Positions 23,901 through 38,368 of a DNA stretch of 64,000 bases are shown in pieces. The notes beneath the pieces were generated by a model that was not told the origin of the DNA, ran no database searches, and saw only the letters and a program-made list of their open reading frames with translations. Source of the stretch: Ptychomitrium polyphyllum (taxonomy: Eukaryota). The stretch covers positions 6,696,001 through 6,760,000 of the forward strand of contig OZ316776.1 of assembly GCA_973851085.1 (NCBI GenBank). The letters are read 5' to 3'. Position 1 is the stretch's first letter; the number at the start of each line of letters is the position of its first letter. The translations under genes were made by a program, and so were the position numbers.

Positions 23901-26014
23901 AAAGGTGCCTTGGAAAGGGTTGTTGAAATTTATGATACTCACATTTGGGACAGCAATGCCGCCGCTAATAATTCTCAGGTTTTATTCCAGAGTCCACTCC
24001 TATTATTTCAAAACTCTGGGGGCTTCTCACTAGAACCTTTAATTAGGTGACTTAGACTTCAAAATATGATTAATGTTGTTAGCAGTCCTTGGATTATGTG
24101 AGTTAGAGTCCCGGAAGGTCATATTTAGAAATGATGTATCAGAGTTGTAAGTACCTTAAGGAACTTAGGTTGTACCCTTTGTTTGTGCCCATTTATATAT
24201 TCTCGTTTCTATTCTAACTTTTTTCTTTTAATTTCTGTCATAATCTTAATAATTGACAGTATGAGGAGTTTGGTTTTACCATTGATGAAGTTTGCATAGG
24301 TGCATTTGTGTCATTTTTTAGCAGATTGTGTTGGGGAGGACTGAATCAAAACTTTGTTTCTATTTTTTATTTATCTGTGTCAGGATTGCTTGAATGCACT
24401 TGGCCTCCTGCTTCGTCTTGATATAAGAGGATACTGTGACGTTGTTACTACAAGAATAGCTGCAATGGAGGCCTGCCTGCTTGATGAGGTTGTACCCAAA
24501 ATGATTCGTAAGAAGACAGTCTAACGTTGTTCATGCTACTTGTATACGCCCTTGTATTATGGTATTGACTTATTGTCAATTCAAGTTTGTTACTTGAATG
24601 TGCTGAACTCATCTTCGGTTGGAACATCTACAGCTAAGGTGGTACACTGAGTGGCTACAAGACCTCTTGATACTTTGGGGGCTGACACGAGGAGGTCACA
24701 AGACAGAGGCTCTGCTGCTGCTCCAGAATCTCACGCTCAGGCAAGCCTAATAAGATATACCTGGCTTCTTTATTGTTGCTATTTGATGTTGAAAAGACGT
24801 AATAGTTTACAATGTGAGAAATATCAGTTTGGGATCAGGAGCATAACCTTCGATGTCTCTGCTCCTGGCAAATCGTTAGAGATCGATACGAGCACATAAC
24901 ACTTACGTAACGATCCTTCATTGTGAAGATGCCCTGCCTCAGATCTATTTAAAGGGTTCATTCTGATGGTCTTTATGTCACAAATTATTGCAGAGTGGAA
25001 GCAATGGACGAGCAACAACGGAAGCCTTTGCAGCATATTATTTCAGTATGCAATTTATTCATGTGCTTGACAAGCATTTTTGTTTCTATCTCGTCCAACT
25101 GCCATTCAGGGTAGATTGATAGAGGCCAACTCCTGGTAGGACCTTGGTGTGTTAATTTCGTCTTTTTCTTTTGGTGGTGACAGCTTGCAAAGGCGTTATA
25201 CGAGTATGGAGTCCGAAATTTTCGAGCTGTGTGCGAGTTGTTGGGTCTCGAATCGAACATATCCAAATATAAGGCATGGTGGCACTACCTGTAAAGGGCT
25301 TAGGAAAACATTCTGAATGTTTCTTGATGCGATTCCTACTTGTTATCATCCTGTTCTTCTAGACGTATTTGTTTGTGTTGCAGTGTTATTTTGATATTGA
25401 AGAATAAGACGCTTGGTTTTTGTGGCGCTTAGGTGATGGGCGCATCCGATGAGCAGCTGGATGTCTTCCAAGAGTTGTGGTGTGATGCTTTTTTACGTGC
25501 TGGAGAATCTCTGTCAGGTTTGTTTCTTGAGGGTTAAGGAACAACTAGATGTTTTGTGTGTTTTTCTTAGCATCAGTCTAGGGTGATGTTATTTTATCAT
25601 CTTGCTCAACGTTTGCGGTTTTGTTTTGGTATTTTGCAGTGGCGGAAGTTGCAGAGCAACGCGTGTTGGAAAGGAGTGAGATTCCTTTCAGTTGGCACGT
25701 TCTGGTAAGCTGTCCAATCATGATTGGTTCTCCTAGGGGCTCTAACTTTGAGGACTTCTGAGATTGAAAATACATTGTCGTAGGTTTAGTTGCTTCACTG
25801 TACTGAAACCATGTCGATTTAACTGTTCCTGGCTTCCACTTTGAAAAGCTTGCATTGCAGAAAAATGTGCATTTTGGACCAGGTTGTCTGCTTGAGATAC
25901 TGATTATATGAGGTATGGCAGGCAAAGGCATATGCAGACGCAGGAGAGGGAGCTAAGGCAACCAGCGCTGCCGCAAGAGTTCTCAAACTAGAAGCAGCTC
26001 AGCAGGACGGCTAA
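20938..26014 (+). CDS. Tetratricopeptide repeat protein 38-like (TTC38-like), 14 exons, 509 aa
   Basis: Exons 20938-21141, 21924-22085, 22260-22352, 22704-22805, 23087-23233, 23491-23585, 23849-23978, 24384-24488, 24634-24740, 24994-25045, 25184-25273, 25433-25517, 25640-25704 and 25922-26014 give one open frame of 1530 nt. Family motifs: WGYPVHT...QVLTYG, FPKDLASLKRGQTICFYLG, YGMLAFALLE, DVWGQHALIHV, MYTHNWWHLAL, LNALGLLLRL, GASDEQLDVF. Confidence 0.92.
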
Positions 26015-26333
26015 GACGTGTACAACTTTTTCGGAAACTACAATGGGTTCTTGAGCGTTTGAGTAAGTGGGTTTCGAAAATTTATAATTATCGTATCATC
26101 TCTGATTGTGCACGTGATTGAATTAGAATGTAGAGCTGTACTAAAACTAAAAGCCAATTTGAGATTGACTGAAATGTAATAGATATGATGCTGCACCAAC
26201 TTCCCAACCACTTAGATATATCATGAACAATCGAGACCTTGCTTTACCAATATATACTTCAATTTTCATTTGAAATTACACTTACCATTTTTCACTATGC
26301 CTTTGCCTGCCATACCTCATATAATCAGTATCT
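25895..26333. repeat. Perfect 38-bp inverted repeat (arms 25895-25932 and 26296-26333)
   Basis: AGATACTGATTATATGAGGTATGGCAGGCAAAGGCATA and its exact reverse complement TATGCCTTTGCCTGCCATACCTCATATAATCAGTATCT. Confidence 0.96.
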
Positions 26334-27349
26334 AAAGGGCAGAACTACGCAGATAAGGTTGTTCCATCGATTGAATTTAAAGCAAGCGAAGGACTTCTAC
26401 TTTTGACCGTCACAAATCAACTTTCAATCAAGTATTCTCTTCCTAACTTAGAATTGTTAAAAACATACAAACTTAATTACACCGAGGAATAAAGAGCATA
26501 AATTGTGAAAGGCATCGCAGTGAGGTAAAGCTTATCGGTTTAAGTGCACTATGTCACAGATTACCGAACCAGTTACAGTAAGAGTACACTGGAGTTAATC
26601 AAGGAAAGATAGGATCCAATTACGGTAAACATAGGTAAAGGTGCTCTTTATCACTGAGAATCAACAGCAGAGTTCTGAATTCCTTATGTAATATCCTGTC
26701 GTTCTGCATATGCAAAAAATTAGATCAAGGTATGACCCTCATTTGTAACAGCACCCCACTACCTTAGTATTAAGTTATTCCATACTCGACCAAGATCTTA
26801 GGCCCACAATGCCGCCTTTCAGGAGCTTCCAAATAGCAAAAACTGGATCACACTCAGCTGCCAAGCAAAGTGATATACTTCAGTATCAGCTTGGCTGTTC
26901 TGATGCAGGTGACATTGTAGATCTAAGATCTAGTCCAAGAGTGGATTTCTTTGCAGTCTACCGACTGCTTGCTCTCCTTAGCTGCAAACTCCGTAGCATG
27001 AACTAGTCCTGTAGATTTCTCCAATGAACCAAATTAGAAATAGTTAAAAGTATAATGGATTATAAACACATACATAAAGTGAGAATTCGTTATTATGCAG
27101 AATTTCCAAGAGTTATACTTGCTTATTCTCGAGAACCGACATGAGCTGCCCCTGGGCTCTTGAAAACAAGCAAGCCTGACTGCCACTCTTGGGAATCCAA
27201 CAGTTATAGGAGTCCTTATCTGCAGCGACGTTAGTGCCTCCACCCATCCAAAAACATCTGAACCCTACCTTGACGAGCATTTTGTCACTTTCACAGGCAA
27301 GGCCACTTAAAGTACACATTCAACGTAAAAGAACTCCAAATCGAGGATG

Positions 27350-30300
27350 TACCTGTCGCCAAACTGGGGTTGCAGGCAAACGTAGTTTTTCGACCCTTCT
27401 TTGCCCGATCGTGTATCACCGCCACTACATACTAATTCCTTCACAGCATGAATACTGATCAAATTTGCAAGGCTACATGAAATATATGATATTTCAAAGC
27501 TATTCTAGCTGCTGTGGCCTTGATGCTAATTCGCATAATTGTATACCAAATCGTTAGAGCCGGCACGAGCTACAGTTTGTAACACTTTCTACCTGGCAGC
27601 ACGACCTGCAAGAGACGCAGTCAGTAACGAAGCCCCTGTCCAAACAGTATTCCCACAACAATAAGGGGCCACAGTCGGCGGCCAGTATCGAAGTACGAGT
27701 CACAACGTCCGAGGAAGAAGCATGCGTTTACGCTGCTTGCAATGTGCTCAGCGCCGAATCTATACAAAGTCATTAAACAGTCTATCACCTTAAACATTAA
27801 AGATTCAGTCACGCTTCTCGGGGTTAGGAGGAGACTAAAAGTGAGATGAGATTCACCTTGGAAACTAAGGATCAATACACTCTCTAATCCTATCCTAGTT
27901 ACGAAAAACGGTCGAACACTCCATCTTCGGTTTCCTTGAGCTACAATTTTGTGAACAAAGACTGCATTCTTGTTGATTTTTCCCTGAAAAACTGTGTTCT
28001 AAAGATCTATGCATCTTGATGAACATTCAAAAGCTTTCAAAAGCGTTCGAATCATTGCTGAGAAAGAAATCGAGAACGTTCTGAAACGCCGTTATTCGTA
28101 ACTGCGAATCTTTAGGCCACCTTGAGACAAGAGCAAGGCCACTCTAGTATACCCAGGGATGTACCACCTCAACGACAACAAAAGCAGTGTTAAGAACCCA
28201 AACTTGGAGTGTTACTAGAATTCAACGTTAAAGAAACATCTTTCACTCCTCACCCCTACAACATGCATAGGAGCCAAACAAAATCATGGTTGACACAATA
28301 ACGATTCACAAGCTAGGTTGATGCATGAAAATCACTGACAACAGCCATCCTCAATGCGCAAGTGATCACAACTTAACAAGAAGCACAAGCCTGGAGAGAG
28401 CAGAAGATTGTGCTGTCACCCCAAAAACCCTCCTCAACAACATTCAGTACACACTCTACCGGTTTTTGATTATGTTACTCTTTCGCTGTAAGCTCTGCTG
28501 CACACGTCCTCACGTTTGAAGAGGCAAACATTCCGCACTTACCTGAGTCCTATCGGTTGATCACCATCCTTCAAGTGGGAAAGTATGCAAACGCAACGGC
28601 ACTTACGAAGTTACGACATCCAAAGTACTTGTGCAGTTCCAATCATGGAATGCTCTCCGCATCTTCATCACCGGCAAAAATCTGCAATTTTGAACTTGCC
28701 ACCTGGACTCATTGCGATCTAAATAGCCACTTAGAATGGTCACCAAGTTTTGCATCTTTGCATGTGCCACACATGGCACCCATTTGTTTGTTGGGAAAAG
28801 ACAGCCTGTTGCATAGGCCAATTTATAACATCATCAGGAAAAACGACCGAGCTTTTACAGTCGTGGTTCAGTACAGCGACAGTGGTTTTGCAGTTGTTTA
28901 ACTGTCCAGCACCGAATTCTTACCCTGGCAATACTGAATGTAATTACAAGAACTTCAGTACTAGAAGTATACAAAACAAACTTCCAATGTTTAGTACTGT
29001 ATTGAATTGTAATGTATTCAAAGTGAATTATAATGTATTTCTTGTATTTCAAATGTATTGATTGTGTTTTCAGTAAGTCGGTTTTCTTGGGATTGTTATA
29101 ATGAAGACGAGTTTTGCATGAAACGAATCATGCATATCAGTAGTGCATTCTCAGAAACTACCAACTGCAGTGGATGTTTTTTCCTCCCTGAAACAGAAAC
29201 ATTGTTTAGCTTATAAAAACTCCGAAAAAGATGCTCTTTTAACAGAACCAAATCAAAACATCAAATGCAAAAGAGCTTACATCGCTACAGAAACAATAAT
29301 CCTCATTTCATAAAAACCTTGTACAGGCATCTATGATTTCACAAAACGTATCAATAAACACCTCCACTCCTTAAATATAAAAAGAAAGGAAAGTAAAAGA
29401 AAAATAAATTTTTTCTTCAAAGATTCAAAATTCAAGAAAAAAAACTGAAAAATCCTTTTTTAAATAAGCGTTCAAAACATCTTAAATTGGATCAAGGATT
29501 TGCCTTTATTTGTGTGTGTATTCACAATGTTTGATATGTCCAAATGATTATTTAATAAAGATAAATGTAATTTTTCTTTTTGCAAAGATAAATGTAACTT
29601 ACTATATCAATGTTGGACCTTATGTAAGGCTTATGCTAGGTGATATATGTAGGTACTAGTATTGGGATTTTGCATTATGAAGATTGTATTAGATAGAATA
29701 TCAAGTAGAAATTTTATTTTTATTTTTTAATTTGTCTTGAGGAAGAAATTTAAACATGAATGTATTTTAACATGGAATAAAATTCACCCATATAGCAAAA
29801 GAGGCGTTATACAAATTCAACAAGTTATGATAATAAAGTCATTTATATTTCTATTATGGCACCAAATAGCCATTGCACCATTGAACACAGCTCACAAAAA
29901 CCAGATAATGGTTTATTCATAAGATGCATCTAAAATATGTGGCACTTGCATATATCTATACAAAGGGTCAAAATAAATCAAAAGGTCAAATTTTGTATGT
30001 ATTATGTATATGAAATTTAGAATAGGAGAATAGTTAACCCAAAAACTAGTTTGTTGCTTTCTAACATGCAATTCCGATGCACTAACAAAATGTGTATGAC
30101 ATGTACCTGCCTACACCAAACTGCAACTGCACATATCCATGCTTGTATTAATAGGTACTTGAGACTTGTGGATTAATTCCGCAGTAAGTTGTGCAGTACT
30201 ACGTGCTTCACGTTCAAGAGATGACGTCCTCACGTTTGCGAAAATTAAACCTACAGTTTAAGGTGTGCCCTTCCAAGAAGAATCCTGAGGGAGTACAATC

Positions 30301-30850
30301 TGATCTCTGAGGCAGGCTGAGCACCTCGAGCAAGACAGTGCGCCGCTGGCGCCCGTGTGCATCTTGTCAGCATCTAGTGGAGATCAGGGGCTTCAGCACC
30401 GGTCAAACAATACTCTGAAGATTTCAAGACGCTGCTTCTCGCTTGCCGGACAACAGCGATGGCCGTTGAGCCTTAGTTCATTCACAAGCCTATTATAAGA
30501 AATACATCATGTGAACAACGTTTGTGAATGCATGTCAAAACAGAGTCGAGCCTTTACAGGCAACTGCTAATGGAGAGCAGCAGCTTTACTGCAGCGACGC
30601 TTTGTTTCACCAGCTTCAGGGCCTCGAATATTCCATATTCATTTCTCTCATTCTTTGACTGCATACACCAAGCCCCTGCAAAGAAAACTACACATCGTCG
30701 ACACTCGCTCAGAAGAACGAAACCATAGACGATGACCCATACTTGATAGTACTGCCAGATCACCCATCTCCGAGCACCGCACCTCCGACGACATTTAGGT
30801 CGATATTCCACCGATGTGTTCGATCCACTGTCACTAGATGAGTGGTCAGA
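27350..30850 (-). other. Possible spliced minus-strand transcript (lncRNA, small ORF or decayed gene)
   Basis: GC-richer blocks bounded by splice-like signals on the minus strand, e.g. CAG|GTAAGT near 28543, TTTGCAG| near 30677, TAATAG| near 30490, CAA|GTATGG near 30743 and CAG|GTAGAA near 27592. No long ORF and no recognisable domain. Confidence 0.25.
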
Positions 30851-33800
30851 TTGTTGACAAGTTTCTTTGCTTACACTGGATTGAATCTAGCCCGCACATA
30901 CGAGAAGAAACTACTGCCCAGCGTAAGGGGATTTTATATTATAACGTTTTTCAAAGCGCAGATAAGTTGATGGTCTCCCTTATTAGCGGCTGCTCTTTTT
31001 TGTTCACCGAGAATCATGCTATTGAAAGGTACGTGCTGTTTTGGCAATGCGATCAGAGTGATGCATGAGCATCACCAACGCTACTCTAAACTTAACTCCC
31101 GAATATACAGGGGAACAGCGGTGGAGAATCTCGAGATACTTTCATAGTTTTCCAGTATTGCATCTCCACCGTTCAATTGTGATGGGGGGACAGGTTTAGA
31201 GTGGCGGCAGAGATGCTTGAAGATTGGACCCTTCAAATAGTTCCCCTTCCCTAACAGATGAAGAAAGAAAAAGGAGAGTACAACTTTGAATAGATTCTAT
31301 TCTTTTTTTTTTCCTTTGAGAATATTATTATTACTTTTGAATTTCTTTCTCCGCTTTTTTATTAAATCGAACTAGCTTAGGTGATTAGGGGATGTAGACT
31401 CCAACTTCTCACAAAATGAGAGCACTTTCCAAACTTGTCCTAAAAGTTTTATAGAATAATATTCACTATTTTCAAAGCATCATGAAAAAGAAATAACAAT
31501 GTTTTAACCATGATAGGTCCAATCATGCATTTTTACATGATTTCATTCATCAAAATATATGTTTTTTGTTTTGTAGAATGTTTTTAATTTATTCCTTATG
31601 ATAAAAAACATGAAATAAGTTATAAATTGGGATGTGATTAGACATCTTCTTCTTGAATATCATAATGTAAAACATTACATTTGTATTTTTAGTATAAATC
31701 TACTTGATTTCACCTTAAAAATTAGAAAGTTATAATATATAATAACAATGATATATAATAGTGATAAGATAAAGGCATGACTCTAGTTGGATGACTTGAT
31801 AAATAAATATTTTCAAATTTTAAACAATAAAACCAAACAAGCTATTGACAAATGGAAGTGTAACTTTAAATGAATTTCTCAAGTGAAGGTGTTTAAGAAA
31901 GTCAACAAGGAATGTTAAGTATAAAAGAATTAGACCAAAATTTGAGATTTTTATGATTTAAGACTCTAATTATATGATTTAAGACTCATCTCCTATAGAA
32001 AAAGGTGTAAATCTGCCCTCACTAGTTTAAGGTTTTAAGAGTGAAACCTTTCAACAAGCTAGACAGAATCTTTCTAGACAAAATACACGTCAAGCATTCA
32101 CTGACTTCAACTAGAAAATCTTGTATTTTAGAAATTTTCTTAAATTTGCGGATGTCAATTGAGCACTACCACCTCCCAGTAAATTTTCCAGAAAACTAAC
32201 CATGCACCAGTGGAACCACGGTGAGAAACCTGTCGAACACTTCTTTTGAGCCACTAGTTTATTAACTATTCTGAATAAAAGTACGAGTGCTAACTATTAG
32301 CTCGACATCCTACTGCTAGTAGCTGAGCTCCATTTGATCTATTTGATTATATGGGCTAAGTACCGGTAATAGGTACCATATGGAAAAAACCAGCATTCAT
32401 GTCTATACCCTTAAGCTGAATGCAAATGAAAACCATTCCTTACGAGGGGAAAAGTACAACTGCAATAAAGCGCACGAACAAAACAAAGAGACCATTCTAA
32501 ATAACCTTCAAAACCATCAAGACTACCGAATATGTCAAAGCTTGCCATGGATTGGCTTTTTTATAAATAAAAAAAGAAAAGGAAAAGCAAACATACTTCA
32601 TTCAACAGGTTTGTCCTAGAAATGTCAACGTGCATGAGATATTGTGTCCCTTTCACCACAGATTTTTTTCGGCTGCGTCAGGGCCTTGCTTTGCATTAGG
32701 CCTCTAAGGTGCTGATCTACACTGCGTGCCTGTTCTTTGGGCCCAAACAGAGGAGGAAAGGAAAAAGGTGAGCACGCCTGGTGTATACGTGGGTGGGGAA
32801 CTGCGAACCTTTAAAGTAGTTCCAGTTCTGATTGGAGGACTTCTAAACGAAATCGGGCCCAACATAACTTGTGGCTCAAAACGCCCCCAGAATGCATGAG
32901 TCTGGGGGATATTTGGCAAAGGTCTTCAAACAACAGTCTGACTCAGCGAGGCGCTTGAGGAGTATTTTAGGCACAGAACTTGTGGCTTCAGTTTGCTCAA
33001 CTGCAACACTTATTTACTCCTCTGCACTCGCAGTGCACAGTCATCCGGAGAGCAAAGTAGTAGGTTCTCCATCACTGATCCCATTGGCCGCCCACTTGGA
33101 CTCTAGGTGGACCAGTTTCCTTTGATGACTCATGAGCATGCACTCACAGTTTCATAGCCATCCAGAATCTCTTTTTGGTGCATGCCAGATCTTGGCTTTT
33201 ATTTGTTGTATTTTCAAATTTTTAATTCAAGAATAGTTCTCTTTTGAAAATATTGAAAAAAAATCCACTTCACACAGCATCCTTCGAGGACCCCTTTGAA
33301 CTTCCTCTCTTCTGAAGGTATAGTTGCTCCTGTGACTCATTAAGCCTTACTAACCCATCCGGCCCAAAGTGCCCTTTTCAATACTGTATCAGTAAAACTA
33401 AACAAATCTCATAGGTACTTGTTTAAAGATTCAACAAGAATTAGGCCAAATTTTATGACAAGTAAGAAGAATGCCTTCTTCTAAAAAGCCATATGTTCAT
33501 CTAAACCTAAAATATAAAGTACAAGTTTGTTAATTTGAAGTGTAGAATTTTGTCTCATGTTCATAAATTTTGGACAAATCCTTTTTACTTCAAGGACAAC
33601 ATATCTTTGATTGATGATTTGCTCTATGTAAGATCTTTTAGGTTTCTTCTAGATTTGCATGTTATTCATCAACAAAAATTGCAAATCTTCTAGACACTTT
33701 TGTTAAGAGAAATAGGACCTTGAAAATCATTATGTTCTTTTGAACAAGAGTATTTTAATTTCTTTGTTCATTGAATCTTATAATTCCAATATTTAAAAAT

Positions 33801-36800
33801 GGATTTCAAAAAACAAATTTGTGAAAGAATGCAATTTATTCTACTTCAAAATAATAAAATATTCCTTCAAAGATCCACCTCATACTTTTAATTGGATTTT
33901 TGATTTTCAAGCAGTGATCAAACCTAAATTTGTCATGGAATAAGAGGCATAGTCATTTAAGGATTAAAGCCATTATATTGCAGCAAAAAGTATCTATGTA
34001 TACCTCTCAAATTACACCTTATAAACATCTATTTCAGAATTTAAACACTCCAATCATACAAGAAAGGAAAGTCAATAATTCAACATTTTATATATTTATA
34101 TACTAAATGGAGCATATGATTACTCTATCTCATTTTAAAACTTATAAAGGCTCTAAGAATCCCAACTTCTAACTTCAAACAATTTGTATGTTATGAACAT
34201 TTAAACTTTTGTTGTTTGTCACTTGATGCATTTTGTTAGTATTGTAAATATGGATTCAATATGCAACTTCTACTTTTGAAATAGTTACTAGGTTTGAGAA
34301 CTTGTAATTTAGAATCTAATAAGACTATATTCAACTTTTAATTCAAAATTGTATGTACAATGAATGACTTCCTTAGCAAATCTTGTTTCTAATATTGTAA
34401 TAATGAAAGCCTTGAAGGATGCATGCAACTTATTATTGCCACCAAATTTTTCTAAACTTTAAACGATATTTCTTTCAAGAAAATATAAAAGATTTTTATA
34501 TTAAAATCAAAATTTCAAAATAGAATGATGGAATGAAATAAATGTTGCTAATTATCTAAAAGACACCAATAAACTAAGTTATCACCTATATATTTATATG
34601 GAAATTCTAAAATTTTCTATGTATATTCATTATACATTTACATTATATTTTATCCAATGTAGAATATTATAAAAATTTAAAAATACGTTCAAATTTTTTA
34701 TAAAGTATTCATGGAACTTCAAAAGTTCCACCTCTACAGAATATTATGTTTTTTAAGTATAAATTTAATTGTATTTAGTAGATTTCAATTAATTAAAGTT
34801 TTTTATTCAGAATACTTTACAAAACCATGTCCAAATATATAACCATTCATGATGATAAAAGAATAAAAATCTCTATTGTTTTTTATTTTGAAATGACAAA
34901 TATTTAAACATGTTGTATAAATTCATCTTTCTATTCAATGAGGGTATTGTCATCTTTTCCTCAAATACATATGATATAAATAATTGTGTTAAGGAAGCTT
35001 ATATTAAATTAATATTTTATATTAATACATAATATTTATATTATATATCAAAATACTAATTTAATACAAATATGATATGAATTTGATATGGTGATTTGTA
35101 TATTTTATTTTTATATTTTATATTTTATTATTAATTATTTTTTTTTAAAAAAATTAATTTTTTTGATTTTTATAAAACTTTTAAATTTTTTTCATAAAAG
35201 ATGGTATAACATAGGCATAATATGATATATAATATAAAAGCATAAGTATAAAGAACAAAACATCATCTTTTTGGTCCTTCAAATGTTGTATTTCATTTTA
35301 TTTTTTCAAATTCATCTTTCATAGATAACTGCTTTTTATTACAAATTTAAAATTGTTCTAAATTTGTACCTATATATATTATTTTCATAACAAATTTTCT
35401 TTAGTTCAAGTATTAAACTACTAACATTTTAAAATATACTATGCACATAGAGAATAAGAATGATATAACTTTAATGCTTACTATGTGAACATATTATAGA
35501 AAATGGCATAAGAAAGTCATGCATCATCTTTATATTATATTTTTACATTCATTAAATTATAGATCCATCCAAATTCCATATACTAATTAAATTTTAGTCC
35601 AAATTATAATCATAACATATTTTGTTGTATAGATCTGTAAAATACTTTTTTGGAGCTTGTAGTGCCTAAATTTGTGCAATTTATTCTAATGAAAAGATGT
35701 CAAGTAGTAATTAAGAATGACCTTTGCATAAGATTGGTCACTATACATTCAAAAATACAATGTTTTTCCAATAAGAAACTTTATATAAAATAATTGCCAA
35801 ATGATTTTTGAAACTAATATCGTATCATGAGTTTAATAAACATTATTAGTTATATCAGTGCTTGTTCATCTAAAATTTTAAAATTTAATACTGCCTTGGC
35901 ATTTCATTTTAAAATTTGGTTAACATATTTAAAAATATTGTTGCTTAAGGATTGGTTCATAAAATGTCAATTGTAAAAGCAGACCATACTTGATTTTATA
36001 TCTGGAATTTTACACAATGTCCTACCTTCAAATTTTATTAAAATATATGCACAAAAATCTTAATTAAATGAGAAAATTTGTAAGTATTTGAAAATAGAAT
36101 TAATTTAAAGTTGATGAATTGAAATTGAATATTTTTAAAAAGATGAGAATATTTATATTTATATTTTTCAAGATTAAAAATTTAATAAAGCTTAAAATTC
36201 CATCTACAACATAATATTTCTTTTTTTATCTGAAGGTTGGATTGCATATTTATTTGAATAATAACTTGTTTTTCTTTATGAAAGCATATTAAAAAGAATG
36301 TCAATTTTTTTAAATTATTAATTGACATATCTCCTAATTATCTTTATGTAAGAGAAGTAGAGAAATTGTTAAAACAATAACTGCATATGCGGTATAACTT
36401 TCTTTCTTAAAACAATTTAAAGTGATTACATATCAAGAAGAAAGTCAATAGGTTATATTATTTCAATATCTCAATAACAATTATTTTTCTATAAAAATAA
36501 AACCTTGGTTGTCATTTAATGTTTTTTGTCTCCATTTTAAAAATTGCCTTAAAAGGTTTTAAGCATAATTTTATATTATTCACTAAAAATAAATAAAGAA
36601 TATAATACCATTTGTATATAAATTTTACTAAACAAGAAATATAACATATTTTTGAAATTCTAGAAAGTGAAAAAAAGAAGTGATTGTATTAAACACCTAT
36701 TTAAAAATCTAAGTATTTTAAAAATAATCAATTCTAAATTACGCAAAAAATTGTTCAGTTATTAAAAATCTATCCAAATATATCAAAATGGATGAATAGA

Positions 36801-37880
36801 GCTGTGAAAAAATATTAAACCATTCCTTCAAAAACTTGTTGTATTTTAAATATGTTCAGATTTCTTGTTTAATTAATAATACTTAATTGCTAAATCAAAT
36901 GGTTACAAATTAATACATGTTTGAATTAGAATCATATATAAATGACCAAATTGCGTCATTTGAATCTTTTATTTAAAATTATATTATAATAAGTACAAAT
37001 CAAATATGCAAATTAGAATAAGTAAATATAAAAAATTAATGGTTGTAATTATTGTATGCAAGGATCAGGTTTAGCATAAAAAATCTCTAATAAAAAGATG
37101 CAAAAAAATATGAGAAATTTTTATTTATAACTGCTCTTTTGCAAAAGAATTAAATAAGTGAGCATGTAAAATGTCGTTTGTAAAAGAAGTACATCACACA
37201 ACATAACAATGTAAAATATGATCTTTTTGCATGTGGTTAGTTAGTTGTGTTCAGCATGGTAGTTCACTTTTCAAAATATTGTGAAATTCATCAACACATT
37301 ATTCATCATACATGATTGGTTTTTATTGCAATTTTATATTTACATCAAACAAGAGTTTAATGATTAAAGTATTTTTTGTGTAAAATATCTATATCATATC
37401 TATAATTTAACATAATGTTTTTTCAATGAATTTTCTACCAATCAAATTTTAAAGAAAAGTCGTTTAAAATTGAATTGATCATTGAAAAAGTATAAATTGA
37501 AATTATATTAAGTAAAAGAATTTAATTATTAATATTCACTTAAAAATTCTTGGCAACAAAAGTCATTGTTCATTACATTTTCATTCTTCATAAGGAAGGT
37601 ATTCTTCAAAATTTATAAAAACATTTGTGGATAGGATTGGTTTTATTTAAATAAATGAATAATTTATAATTATCATAATTTCTAATCTATTTATAACTAT
37701 GTCATCTTACAAATAAATAATTGATGAGTAATAATTGGAACAAGTACATTTTTAAGACAAAATGATTTACTTATATTTAATTTATTTTTTAGCTATTGAA
37801 ACTTAAGTTGTATTTCATGCAATTTTGAAATTAAAAAATATACTGTGGTCTATTCAAACTCAAAATAAGCATATGCATAG

Positions 37881-38368
37881 TATTTCAAAGATACAAGAAA
37901 CAAAAACGAAGTATTTTCCAAGAATTAGCTTTCAAAGAGCTAATGATTAACAAGAACTTGATACAAAAACTAAAACAAGGCACGATACAAGATGATCTAC
38001 AACTCGTGTTGGCAAAACTAAAAAATACCTTCTCTTGCCTCCTATTTATACTATGATGCTTGTATTTCTTAGGATACTTCTAAAGAAGCCTCCTACAAGG
38101 CTTAAGAATGTTCTAGAAATCTATAGAACCTTCCCGCAAAGTTTTCTAAGATGTTGGAACCTTCTCAAGGTGGCGGAACCTTTTTAAGAAGTTTTCTAAA
38201 GAGTTAGAACTTCCCAAGAAGTTTTCTGAGGTAGTAAAACTTGTCTAGGAAATTTCCTAAAAACCTATAAACAACTATGGAGACATTTGAAAATATTCTA
38301 AGAAGTTACTATAATATACTAGAAGATTCTAGAAGGTTTATAAAGGTTATGTTGCATGATCTATAACA
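37881..38368 (-). mobile_element. Solo LTR of the same family as the 11764-19501 chromovirus, reverse orientation, more decayed
   Basis: Its reverse complement matches LTR segments, e.g. AAAGAGCTAATGATTAACAAGAA, CCTCCTATTTATACTATGA, CTATGGAGACATTT and TATGTTGCATGATCTAT. No adjacent internal domain seen. Ends are approximate. Confidence 0.88.
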
